A DNA stretch of 62,382 bases, filler included, from Sphacelaria rigidula (Eukaryota): NCBI GenBank assembly GCA_964200075.2. It is 6 parts of 6 records of this genome, joined end to end, with 100 filler letters (N's around TTAATTAATTAA, not from the genome) between each part and the next. Parts side by side here need not be neighbours in the genome. Positions count along the whole stretch, not along the records: positions 10,416 to 20,730 come from CAXNAA020006738.1; positions 20,831 to 31,144 come from CAXNAA020006739.1; 4 more parts are not named here. One strand, given 5' to 3'. Shown here piece by piece: positions 12,431 through 23,623 of this stretch. Under the pieces are notes generated by a model. It made no database searches and was not told where the DNA came from. It was given only the letters and a program-made list of their open reading frames with translations. The first letter of the stretch is position 1; the number at the start of each line of letters is the position of its first letter. A program made the translations under genes and the position numbers.

Positions 12431-12766
12431 GGAAGACGAAATATGTTATTGAGAAGTTCACAAAAAACAGATTTTCGTGACGGTCACGATGATACATCCT
12501 AGTTACCTGCAGGTTCGACCTGAACGATAGAGTATCAGCCAACGCACCCTTAACAGGGGTTGAAACCTTTACTTGTGCGAATAACATGCTACGTCAAGTT
12601 TATAATCCAATTACATCAGGTGAAGTGACTGCACACCACAATGTCTTTGATTGTGGACATGAAATTCTAACCAATGTCATCGGTTTTGTGGATTGACTGG
12701 TTGTGAAGAGACTGCGTTAGCCCCGCTGGATCTTGTCGAGTCTACGAACCAGACACCGCATACTGT

Positions 12767-13128
12767 GGTCGCCCCGGTGGCTCAGTTGGTAACCTCGGAA
12801 CCCTCTGACGGTTGGGTCGTGGGTTCAAATCTCGGAGCGATCTTGGGTTTTTTCCCAGGTCATGCCCAACAGCGGAGAGCGACAATGTCGTGGGTACACG
12901 AAATTCGACTCAACGATCGACGAGGGAAAAGGGCTGCTGAACCCCTCTCGCGATAAAAAACCAACGGCGAGCACCGCAAAAGGAAGGTGGGGTGCTAAGA
13001 ACAAATAAAAAAGAAGAAGCTCCTGTGATGACCTTCCTCCAGTGTGACCCCGGCTGGCGCGTCCACATATACCGAAATGTGTAAACTGGCGTTCAGAATA
13101 GATGTGACGACAGCACACACAACACACA
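12767..13128 (+). mobile_element. tRNA-derived SINE
   Basis: A-box TGGCTCAGTTGG, B-box GGTTCAAATC, ~340-bp body, CA-rich tail; collinear copy at 54894-55230. Confidence 0.82.
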
Positions 13129-13276
13129 CTGTTACATCGCGCGAGAACTTTAACCTTTATTTCGGGATGCATCGGCTGTGCAGGCCGTCATTCGCATCAC
13201 CGTTTGAATCCAGGAAACGGTCCAAGATCTGAACACAAAACCACGTTCTGAATATCACGACTTGTTGTGATGTGAT

Positions 13277-13995
13277 GACACATTCTACGATACCCCCCCC
13301 CCCCCCCCCAACCACACCACAAAAAAAAAAAAAAAAAAAACAAANNNNNNNNNTGTAACGAAAAAAGGGTCATACAGCGCCTAACAGAGGATTCTATAAA
13401 ATGAGGTTCATCAATGAAATGAGGTTCGAGCTCAAAACATTACTTTCTCCACGCTTTCAGCCATGGTGCCCGATGACTTTCTTGTCGGCCTAATGCCCCT
13501 CGATTACGTAGATACTTCTTCAGCGCATTTTATCGACCCTGTGAGCTTACAGCGCTGTCCGAAACCGCCATTTCTACTTATTTTTGTTTTGGGGGGGGGT
13601 GATATCAGGGAAAACAGCAGTTCCGGTCAGCGCTGTAAGCTCACAGAGGCTGTAAAATGCGCTGAAAAAGTATCTACGCGATCGAGGGGTATTGGGCCGA
13701 CAAAAACGTTATTGGGCACCATCGCTCTGAAAGTGTGGAGAAAGTACTGTTTTGGGCTCGAACCTCATTTCATTGATGAACCTCATTCTATAGAATCCTC
13801 TGCTGCCTGATGTTTGAGCTCAGGCTGCATGGAGCGCTTCAGTGGGCGACCTTGACGGAGCCTTGGCAAGAACAAACTCAAGCGTGGGAATCCCACGCTG
13901 CTCATTGTGCTCGGCCTTTTGCACTTCAATCTACGTGGAGATTTTGCCTTCACGAACCAGGCACTGTGTGGAGGGGGGCTATCGTAGAAAGTGTC
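13277..13995. mobile_element. MITE with GACAC..TCTACGATA-poly(C) TIRs and 4-bp TSD (TGAT); contains a nested MITE
   Basis: GACACATTCTACGATACCCC ... GGGGCTATCGTAGAAAGTGTC; TGAT at 13273-13276 and 13996-13999; sibling at 33226-33479. Confidence 0.85.
13385..13802. mobile_element. Palindromic MITE (~190-bp arms), hAT-like, degenerate 8-bp TSD
   Basis: CAGAGGATTCTATA...TATAGAATCCTCTG with long complementary arms; flanks GCGCCTAA / CTGCCTGA; single GCGCCTAA at the empty site in the 33226 sibling. Confidence 0.88.
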
Positions 13996-13999
13996 TGAT

Positions 14000-14445
14000 G
14001 CCTATCTGGGATCTTCTGAGATTTTCATTTGTGGTGTTCATCTGGGACATCCCCTGGGGTTGTCGGATGTATGTGAAATGTCCAGTGAAGTATGTCCGCT
14101 TGGGATATGTTTGCAATATATTTATCTGCGATCGTACTGTAGAGATGTCCATCTGAGACGCAGAGTCATCGAGACTTGAAAGGGATACTGTGGGCTACCC
14201 AAGATGGATAACCAACCTTGATATCCTGCTTGAATGTCACCGACGGATATCCCAGATGAATACCCCAGATGATCATCCCAGATAGATGACCCACACGAAT
14301 GTTCTCAACGAGTGTTGCACGTGGATGTAGATATCGTAGATGACGATCCCAGGTGAATATCCATGTGTTATATGGATATCCCTGAAAATGAAATATCTCA
14401 TATGAATATCTCGGATAGATGTCCACATTCCAGATGGATGTCTAC
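14000..14445. repeat. CATCTGGGAT minisatellite with an orientation switch at ~14170
   Basis: Forward motifs to ~14160, reverse motifs (ATCCCAGATG) from ~14195. Confidence 0.6.
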
Positions 14446-15258
14446 ATCCTTGATGAAGGCCTGTATTATTGCTGTATGTTGTATATTTGGGTCGCAGCAT
14501 GTCCCGGTAGAGCTTCGCGAACCATTTCGGGCAACTGTACTAGATATTATCATTGGTGGACTTATCAGTTGTGACCTAATAGTAAGTACGTGTTCACATA
14601 GATACATCCGTCAACGCGTACCTATAGCATATAAATCGCTCAAATTGATGACCACGGTCTCCCCAGTCATATCGGTATATTGCATGTGCGTCCACGGAAG
14701 ACCACCCGCACACTTTTGGTGCACGTGACGGAATCATGCCACCGTCGGGGTTGCAGATCGGTCCCAGAGGTTCCTCGTTGGGGGATTGCTGAAGTAGGAG
14801 CTACACAAGGATATGAGTCGGGAAATTCCGTCTTGAACTCCATATCCCTCCCCCATTGGAATGCTAATCATGGCGTGCTCTTACATATATTCATAGATCG
14901 TTCTTTCGTTGAGGTATAAAGCCCTGAAAATCCAAGCTCGAGCTTTGTTTTGGATATCCCTACCATGGCATGGTTGTAGGCAAGATTCAAGCAAATCTGA
15001 CCCAGAGATATATTTCAGAGTAGACTACTATCCAACATCAAAGCACGTAATGATCCCGGGTTGCACATGTACAAGTCCACAACGCGGTTGGGTTACCGGG
15101 TTGTCCTATAGCATCAGCGACTTTTGTATTTGTAGAAAAATCCAGCATCGACATTGACCTTGAGTAGTCTTATGTAGGCACTGTCCTCGAGCAGCTTTGA
15201 GTCTAGACCTAAATTATGTGGTCTGACGGCACGCTAATCCCAAGCGGTTGAATATGTT

Positions 15259-15480
15259 GAGTGTTGTAGGAGGGGAGGGGGTAGTTTGGGTAATTGTTTC
15301 CACGAAAGTAGCAACAGCAGTGGTTGGAACGCGGTTCAAACCCATAAATAGCACCCATTCATACTGCTTGACACCATTTTCACACATAAACAAGCGCACC
15401 GCAAGTGTGATAGGTCGTCTGACACACCCATGAGTCTTTTCGCGGTAGTCACCCCCCCCCCTCCCATCGCAGGATCACTC
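15259..15480. mobile_element. Diverged MITE related to the 18637-18868 element
   Basis: GAGTG...CACTC termini with subterminal G/C runs; shared internal ACAAGCGCACCGC..GTG...AGGT.GTCTGACACAC; no clear TSD. Confidence 0.6.
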
Positions 15481-16078
15481 GACATCGAACCCTCAACACT
15501 AGGCTCAAGTGATTGTACATCATTATTGAGCCCTAATTGTTGAACTCCGCTTTGATCACAACTCACAAGCCTCATACGAGTTCATTTCAGACGTGTTTGC
15601 GATATGGGCTGTCACGGCGAAGTATGTGTTCCGAAATTCAACAACCGCATAGTTTATAGTCCATCAAAATGACTCACGTTTCATTCCATCCAGTCTCACC
15701 CGAATGTTTTCATTATATCTGGTGGGACGTGAAGGTTACCTAACTGACAATACTAGATATCTTGCGCGATCACCTGAGGGGCATCAAGCCCTGCAGGTTT
15801 CAGGCATGTACCCATTTGAGGGTACGGCAACAAAACAACTTGAGCGTGGTTTAGTGCCTGTATATCCTGTTCCTTTTGGAGTTCTGCAATGCGGCAGTCA
15901 TAGGGTAGGTGCTAGTTTCATATGTATTCATGCAGCATACCTGTAAGGTACTAAGTTTCCACCCTTTGAACTTGAATGATCATGTTTTCCATAATTGGTT
16001 GATACTTTCACGATCATCCCCTTTCCCATCATCTTCGTTGTCACCCGTGATGCCGCTGCGTGATTCATTCTTGTGTAG

Positions 16079-16285
16079 GCGAGCAAAGCAATCGGAAAAT
16101 GTGTGTTGACTGCCTTGCCAGGAACATTCCGCGTCACCTTCTTGCCGCACAGCACATACACGCGATACTGCCGGGATGTGCCAATAAGCATCGATACGAT
16201 TGTTGGCCACTGCCATAACTGGGGTGATCCCGACGTTAGAGAAATGCACATGAGGGTGGCAGGAACGTGGCATGAAAGACACTGA
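16079..16285 (+). CDS. GT77-like glycosyltransferase, terminal exon
   Basis: TAG acceptor, phase 0: ASKAIGKCVLTALPGTFRVTFLPHSTYTRYCRDVPISIDTIVGHCHNWGDPDVREMHMRVAGTWHERH*; V..LP, V.H and G.W C-terminal pattern of this family. Confidence 0.75.
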   Translation, partial: ASKAIGKCVLTALPGTFRVTFLPHSTYTRYCRDVPISIDTIVGHCHNWGDPDVREMHMRVAGTWHERH

Positions 16286-16989
16286 GCGGTAGCCTAGGCG
16301 AACGCTTCACACGTACGTATTTATGTGGATAGCTCGCCAATTTAGTTTGGTGAGGCGAACCGGCAACCGTATAACAGGATTTGTTCACCCCATATGATTG
16401 ATGAAGCCTCCAAGGATTCGCCACCACAGCATTATCCCGGAATTGGCCGCGCCATATCTCACGTCGTATGAAGCGTGCGCAATCTTCGGTGGTGCAGCGT
16501 ACCGGAACATTCCAATGTATAGCAGATGGCTGCAAGGTTGTGACGGTTCGATGTGAATTGCATATTGCTATGTAGTTCAACGCAAAGTGATTTCTGCGTA
16601 TTACGGTAGACAGCATACCACAACCTATCAGGGTACGTAAGTAGGCAAGGTAAATTACTGCAGGGTATATATAACGCTTGAAACAAAAGTCTCGTCGGCA
16701 GGGGGTTGAAACAAGTGTGACAATTGAATTCTTTGAGAGCGCCATCTGTTACACAGCTCACTCAGGGCATCAGTACATTTGACGGAACACAGTTCCATTC
16801 ATTGAGCGCTCAAAGTGTGCGGTGATGTTATCATACGCATCCGGGTGTATCGGACTTAGAGAGATGCTACGGTTGGGGTGCAGGGGCTCCCAACGATTCC
16901 AGATGCAAACGATTATGGGTCACGATATCCCCGTTTGAAAATTCATCCGAAAAATTCTTGGCACCTTGGGAAAGTAATCTTGGCGTACT

Positions 16990-17688
16990 TGTTGCAAAAA
17001 TCTAGACGATGCAGTCTATATTCATTGCGTTTGAGTAAAGTCGTTGCAACAAAGATCAGCGGTACAACCTGTTGCGGTTCAATGAAACAACGAACCATGT
17101 AATATCGTTTCATTCGTATCTTTTTTACGGAGAGTACCCTTTTTTGTGATGATTTATAGTCTACTTGTTTGGATAACGTTTTAAGTAGGATACTGCTGGA
17201 GTAGGCGTGTTGCCATGATTTGTCGATGAAAGATACTCTAGCGGGGTATTTAGACCACGTAACCTGTAAGATATATCGTGTGCAAGATTACAGTTGATCT
17301 AAGCTGAAAAGCTGTCAAGGCTACCGCTTGAGCACAAGGTTGAATTGGATGATACGATTTGATCTTACGTACGCGCAGAGGTCTCTTCCTTTTGTTCCAG
17401 GATTGAGTATGCTTGGATTCTGTGGTCTCTACCGCCCTTATAATCTCTCTCCCAAGCTTACCCAGCTCTCAATTGTTTCCTCAGCCCTCTGCTTGCAAAA
17501 GAGGCTGCTTGATTTTGTTCGGCCGAGTGAAGAGCCCCAAACACAATTTGTATTTTTTTACTTTCTGTCGCTGCAGAAGCAAGTAGTTTCACTACCACTG
17601 TGCAACCTCTGCCATACTACTGTCCCTGTGACGGTGGTCGATCTGTTTCAAGAACAGTACCAAACACCACGAGCCAATATTTCCAACA
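16990..17688 (+). mobile_element. 5' LTR of a Copia-type retrotransposon
   Basis: TGTTG...CAACA termini, 699 bp, followed directly by GGTTTCGAGCC (resembles the Copia GGTTATG.GCCC primer-binding site) and gag. Confidence 0.85.
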
Positions 17689-17885
17689 GGTTTCGAGCCT
17701 TCGACTCGCGACCACGTAGTTCATCAGGTCATCAGCCTTCGATTCGAGGCTACGACGGTCAGCACGAGCGAAGGGACGTCACTTCAAGGTCATCTCAGCA
17801 GCGACAACCAGACGACGAAGAAATCAGATCATTTCAATCAATCTGCGGGTGTGGAAAGAAACTTGACAAATAAAACCCGAGGCAG

Positions 17886-19050
17886 ATGAATATATCGGGA
17901 GAGCCATCTGTAATTCGGCTCATCAGTATTATCAACAAGTTCGACGGTACAAAGTTCGTCGAGTGGACGCGCTCTACGCGCGTGATCATTTCCTTGACTC
18001 ATCCGGGTATTTATGATATCCTCAACGGGGTTGAACGCCCCACGGAAACTCATGATGAAGATTTTTCTGAGGTAGACCTGCCACAACCAGTTGCCAGATT
18101 GACATCGAGAACAAGCCCCATCGTGATCCGTTCCAAAGGCCATCAGCAGCCGTCCGCTCGTTTGCCTTCACCATCGGTGAGGGCAACCGCGAGGAGCAAG
18201 GCTACAGCAGCGACTGGTGATGCTGAAACTGCTAATCATCAAGCCCAACCTCATGTTCGAGAAGTGTCTAATCATCCCAGCGTGGGATCCCCTGTGAGAC
18301 GAATCTTGAGCACGCGTGACATACAAAACTAGGACCGGCATAACGAACAGTTGTTCCATGTTTTGTATATGTCGACAACTGGTTCAACGAGAAGTTACAT
18401 CCTGCGTTTTCAGCCGAAGGATTTAGAGAAACCAAACGGCAAGTGTGCGTGGGAAAGTCTGGTAGCAAAATACCAAAATTCATCCAAGCAGAGACGCCGC
18501 ATACTTATGAGACAACTGGACAACACCACCATGTCACCAGGGCAAGATCCAGATGTGTTCCTTGCGAAATTATTTCACTCTTCGGGACGAGCTTGTTCAC
18601 GTAGGCGAGGCTGGCTCCGAAGGGAGGTGGGCTGACGAGTCATCCTACGATAGGGGGGGGGGGTATTTTGGGCCATTTTTTGCACGAATTTACAAGTCAA
18701 ATCATCCTTAAAAGCAGCAACGGTTGCTCGAACAAGCTTGTTACAAATACGTGATGCTCGTTCATGCCGATTGGCATCGTTTTGAACCACATACAAGCGC
18801 ACCGCGAGTGCGGCAGGTTGTCTGACACACTGATAAATACCCCCTCCCCCCCTACCGTAGGATAACTCTGACATAGTAACTGAAGGTCTTCTAGCCAGTG
18901 ACTATGATCAGATCAAGTACAATGCTGAGCACAAACTGGACTTCAGCATCGAGGAGATAGAACTTACTATGCGCAGTATGTAGGCAAATACAATGGCGCG
19001 CCAAATCACTGCGAGCAGATCACATGGCCGTGATTCATCAATGCTGGCGG
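17886..19050 (+). pseudogene. Copia gag remnant (UBN2/gag_2-like), interrupted by stops and a MITE; no pol
   Basis: KFDGTKFVEW, LFHVLYMSTTG, NGKCAWESLVAKY, MSPGQDPDVFL, LRDELVHVGE, DIVTEGL..DYDQIK motifs. Confidence 0.85.
18637..18868. mobile_element. 232-bp MITE, GAG...CTC termini, 4-bp TSD TGAC, inserted in gag
   Basis: GAGTCATCCTACGATAGGGG... / ...CCCCTACCGTAGGATAACTC; TGAC at 18633-18636 and 18869-18872; removing it restores the gag frame. Confidence 0.9.
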
Positions 19051-19535
19051 CATCAATACCGACCTCTTCGAATTACATTTTCATATATATGTCGTGTTTT
19101 GGGTAAGATAAAGGGCTCCTGACAATTCATAGTCAAGAGGGGGAAACGCGGAGCAGAAATTTACACAGAAGTTAGTGCGTTTGATGGATAAAGTGCACCT
19201 ACTGCGACGGCTGATACCATAAGAAGAACAAATCCACTCGGGACACGCTATCGAGGTCGATGACTGTCATCCGGTTGATGATTCAGCGCGTGAATAGAGG
19301 AGATAGATACACCCACGGAAGCGACAGAGGCAGTGGGATCAGCAGCACCAACGGAGGAGAGATTAACGGAGAGATGAGCTGTTTAACCTGAGCGAGCACA
19401 AGACCTTGCTGATAGAGTGACGGAAAACGCGGAGACCAGTATGGAAACAGTACCGAACTCGCAAGAAATTGACTATTATCATCGCTGTATTGGACGATCG
19501 TATATCATCTTGTACTTGGCATGATACTTGATTGA

Positions 19536-20247
19536 TGTTGGAAACATTTGTGGCTCGTGGCGTTTTCTACTGTTCTCGAAACAGACCGACTACTGTCCCG
19601 AATACAGCAGTTTAGCAGAGGTTGCACAGTAGTAGTCAAGCTGCTTGCTTGTGCAGCAGACAGAAAGTCCAAATACAAAAATGGTGTTCGGGGCTCTTCA
19701 CTTCGGCCACTTCGGCCGAACAAATAGGCAGCCTCTTTTGCAAGCAGAGTGCTGAGGAAATGAAGAAGAGCTGGGTAAGCTTGGTAAGCTTGGGAGAGTG
19801 ATTGCGAGGGCGATAGACCACCGAATACAGCCATGCTCAATCCTGGAAGAAGAATCCAACACTCTACACGTACGTACGGTCTAATCGTATCACTCAATTC
19901 AACCTCGCTATTGCTGACGCGGTAGCCTCGCTAGCTTAGATTAACTGCAAAGTTGCACACAAGATATCCTATAGCTTACGTGGCCTAAATACTCTGCTAG
20001 AGTATCTATCATTAACAAATCATGGCAACATGCCTACTGTAGTAGTATCCTACCTGAAATGTCATTCACACAGGTAGACTATAAGTCAACACAAAAGAGG
20101 TACTTTCCGTGAAAAGGATACTTATGAAATGGTCTTGCGAGGTCCATTGTTTCGTTGAAACGCAACAGATTGTACCGCTATCTTTTGCTGCAACAGTTTC
20201 ATTCAAACATAATGAATATAGACTGCATCGTCTAGATTTTTGCAACA
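19536..20247 (-). mobile_element. Second LTR of the same family, in inverted orientation
   Basis: Reverse complement starts TGTTGCAAAAATCTAGACGATGCAGTCTATATTCATT, ends TTCCAACA and is collinear with 16990-17688; preceded by a short purine run (GCGGAGG). Confidence 0.88.
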
Positions 20248-20299
20248 CCTCCGCGTGAATGAGACTTGTTGCTACGAAAGTTAGTAGCGTTCTCACACT

Positions 20300-20401
20300 G
20301 GTGGCCACTGGGGTGCCTGCAACCTCAAATTTGGACGTTACAGACCTCGTGCAATGTCTGTAACGTCCAAATTTGAGGTTGCAGGCACCCCCATGGCCAC
20401 C
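20300..20401. repeat. Short hairpin/mini-MITE with 36-bp perfect arms
   Basis: 20310-20345 is the exact reverse complement of 20356-20391; 10-nt loop; outer GGTGGCCA/TGGCCACC. Confidence 0.92.
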
Positions 20402-21386
20402 CGTGCAACGCACTAGGTATAGTAGTGAGCAATGCAGTCAGATTAAAATATACAACGTGCATAAACTGTTGTACCATTCCTTGTTTTATTCTGTACTGTC
20501 ATGTTTTCGACAAATGTCACTCCAAACAAATTAGACCTGAAAACGTCCACCCGCATGCACACGTATGTGTGTGCGCTTTTCGCATAGTGTCATGAAGACA
20601 AGTAGCATCGATCTTTCGATGTTTGGATTTTGGATAACGGGTCTGATCGGAGGGTCAGATATAGTGTGTACACCTATAAAAGGGTATCATTAGAGCTTGA
20701 GACAGCACATGGAAGCCACTGCTGAGCTCCNNNNNNNNNNNNNNNNNNNNNNNNNNNNNNNNNNNNNNNNNNNNTTAATTAATTAANNNNNNNNNNNNNN
20801 NNNNNNNNNNNNNNNNNNNNNNNNNNNNNNTGCCAACCATGCAGGGAAATGCGACCGGGTCGGCGTGGGGCGGGGGGTGGGGGCCGGTGGGTTCGAAAGG
20901 CGAAACGGAAAAAAATAGGGCATCGGTTTCGTCTTCGTCAAGGTGCAACATTAGTTGTCATCCGGCCATGCACACCAAGTTGTTTGCCATGAACCGTAGA
21001 TATGACCACACAGGTACGGAAGTTCATAATATGAACCACCCGCCGATAGAATGATGAATTGTGCTGCGCGTGACAGGTGGGCGTGTAGTACTGTGCCGGC
21101 CAGGCGGTACATTTTTATGGTATGCTTTTGTATTACTTTGTTGGACGGTACTCGCTGTACGAATTGCTCAGTTACGTACTCATTGACCTTCGTATTCATT
21201 GACCTGTTAATTTGTTGGGTTGTTTATTTAATTATCCGCAGATTGTAAGACAATCTGTGTTTGATTTATGCGGATGTTACCTAGTTTTCATTGAATTCAA
21301 AAGTTATTATCTTTTTTTTTTCTCTCTAATTTATGTTGCTACTTTTGTTTCGTTTCGTTCACTTTGAATTGGTTACGTGTGGTCAG

Positions 21387-21544
21387 GTGACAGACTTCGG
21401 ATTGGCCGCTCGACTGGAGGAGTGGGAAGATGCCGGCATGCTGAAGAAAAAATCGCGTAACAGGCGCAAACACCGCAAGCAGCACTCGGCGTGCGGGACA
21501 CCGTCCTACGCTGCGCCCGAGCTCTTCACCGCCGCGACTCGAGG
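21387..21544 (+). CDS. Ser/Thr kinase (CAMK/SNF1-like) exon, subdomains VII-VIII; N-lobe exons lie off the contig
   Basis: CAG|VTDFGLAA...SACGTPSYAAPELF...|GTGAGT; 158 bp, ends phase 2. Confidence 0.92.
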
Positions 21545-22989
21545 GTGAGTCCCGTGTTCCGCGCGTACTCCTTGCTCACTCAGAATCGTGATACGCACAC
21601 CTGCGCCACAGATGGCATTATGCAGTAATACCGAGTTCTCCGCGTCTTACATGCCGTGACATAGAAACATGTAGTTCGTCTTCTCATCACCTCCGTAGGA
21701 TTTTGTGACGAACGGGTACGGCGTCGTCTCGGGCAAAGCGAGCGAGGCAACATTCAGAGGGCTTCTACTATGATGCAAGAGCAGCATAATAGAGACGGTT
21801 CCAGAGAACGTGCTATAGAGGGACACACATTTGCCCACGCCGGTGTATTCCGTTGTTGGGTTATGTTTTGCTTCACGTGTGGTTAGTGGAACAAGCCCAG
21901 GTGCCCGCGAGTGCCGCTTGATGCGTGCTGCTTGCTGAGGGTTGACTTTTACACGCGCCGAGTGTGTGTACGGGGGGCGAAGGGGGAAGGGGGAAGGGGG
22001 AGGTCGTTTTTCATTCGTTCTCTTTGCTCAGAATTAGGTTTGGTGGTGCACAAGCCGAGTGTTTTCAAAAATGGTGTCTTCACCCACAGATCGACCCAAC
22101 ACGGGTCATGTCAAAGTATCGGCTTTCCGATCGGCGACGGCAAGGATGTCTTGACGTCGTTTTTATCATGATAACGTGTATCATGCATGTCACTACACCA
22201 ATATTGCTGATGATATAGACCGCACTCTTTTTTGTTTTTCTGGTCGTGCATGCAATACACCTTCTCCTATGATGACAAATAATACACCGCGACAATCTAG
22301 TCTTCGTTGATATACAATCTAGTCTTCTAGTGATAACCGTGGCACGTGACAGAAGAGAGACAGACGCCACACAACAGGACACCATGCGCGTATTGTATCA
22401 CAGACGGAATCTAGTATCGCTCGTGTGGAGGCTTCCTCTATTTTTTTGTGTTGTCCTTGCTTCTTCTTTTTTTTTTCATCTTCTACATTTTTTTCGAGTT
22501 TCCCCGTAACTTGCAGCGAGTATTCCTGTTTCGTCTACCTTTGGTACGTCTATCTTCTCATCCTTATGGGTCCCGCGAGGATCAGTCAATTTGTGACGAT
22601 CAACCGATCAATGAAGGACATGACCACACGGAAAAATCGTGCCGAGTTTTACGGATTTCAACATTGGCCCGCAGAGACAGTGGCGAAACTCGGCAATCTT
22701 TCCGCAAAAATGCCACTCACCGGTTGGGGTCCTAGTTTTCGGGTGATGCTCGAGTGACATGCTCTTGGTGCGTGTGTGCATGCTATTTTTCTTCTTCCTG
22801 CGCAGCCTTTTAGAACACCGCCCTTGCGTTAAAAAAAAAAAAAAGAGAAACCGGGGATTTCACGTCGACGAGCCTGTATCGCCGATTTGAACTTCGACAG
22901 CTTGTATCAAGAGGGGCACGTCTACTGTGTAGATTCGTCTTCTCCCTCTCAATCTGTTTGTCTGTCTCAATCCATCTCTCGACGCGCAG

Positions 22990-23149
22990 ATACGACGCCC
23001 GCGCGGTCGACATCTGGTGCGCCGGAGTAGTCCTCTACGCGATGGTGACGGGTAGTATGCCGTTCCAGGGAGAGAACACTGACGCCACATTGACCCTGAT
23101 CAGGGCCATTGAGCCTTCGTACCCGAGCTATCTATCTGCTGGCATTCAG
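22990..23149 (+). CDS. Ser/Thr kinase exon, subdomains IX-X
   Basis: Starts phase 2, matching the previous exon: YDARAVDIWCAGVVLYAMVTGSMPFQGEN...PSYLSAGIQ. Confidence 0.92.
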
Positions 23150-23623
23150 GTCGGTCCGTGCCTGCGTCTATTGCGTAGAGCTTCTTAGTAGTTAACCCCG
23201 CATAAAATTCTACTTGTAGTCAGGGTTCGTGTCGATTGCTCCGTTTGTGGCTCATGTGCATGGTTGAACGCGCGTTGACGTACGTGAAACGGCACGATTT
23301 CCCGTGAACTATCAAACCCTCGACGAGTGGGCGAGGTCTGTGAGTCAATGGGTCTAACGATCTGATGGAGAGTAGATTCTGTACCGGGATCCAAGTCAGC
23401 CTTGCCCGTGGTAGGTGCTGGCACTACATGTTACATGCCTTGCTGGAGACCTGAAGATGCTACCCTTTCGGGTGAGAGAGTGAAAGGAGAAAGAACAACT
23501 CACGATTTTTCGTATGGCAGCGCCCGAAAGATTTGTATCCATTGTGCCAGGCTTCCATCCGTTCAGCCCTCAGCACAGCTTTGTAACCCATCTCTCCTGC
23601 CAATCCTACGCCCGGACCAACAG

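Noticed and set aside
12767..12845. tRNA gene
   Set aside because: A/B boxes present but no convincing acceptor stem, and it continues into a 340-bp body repeated at 54894; it is a SINE.
23402..23623. N-terminus of the 1172-aa ORF as coding
   Set aside because: Lies upstream of the CAG acceptor at 23623; kinase motifs continue from exon 22990-23149 directly to 23624.
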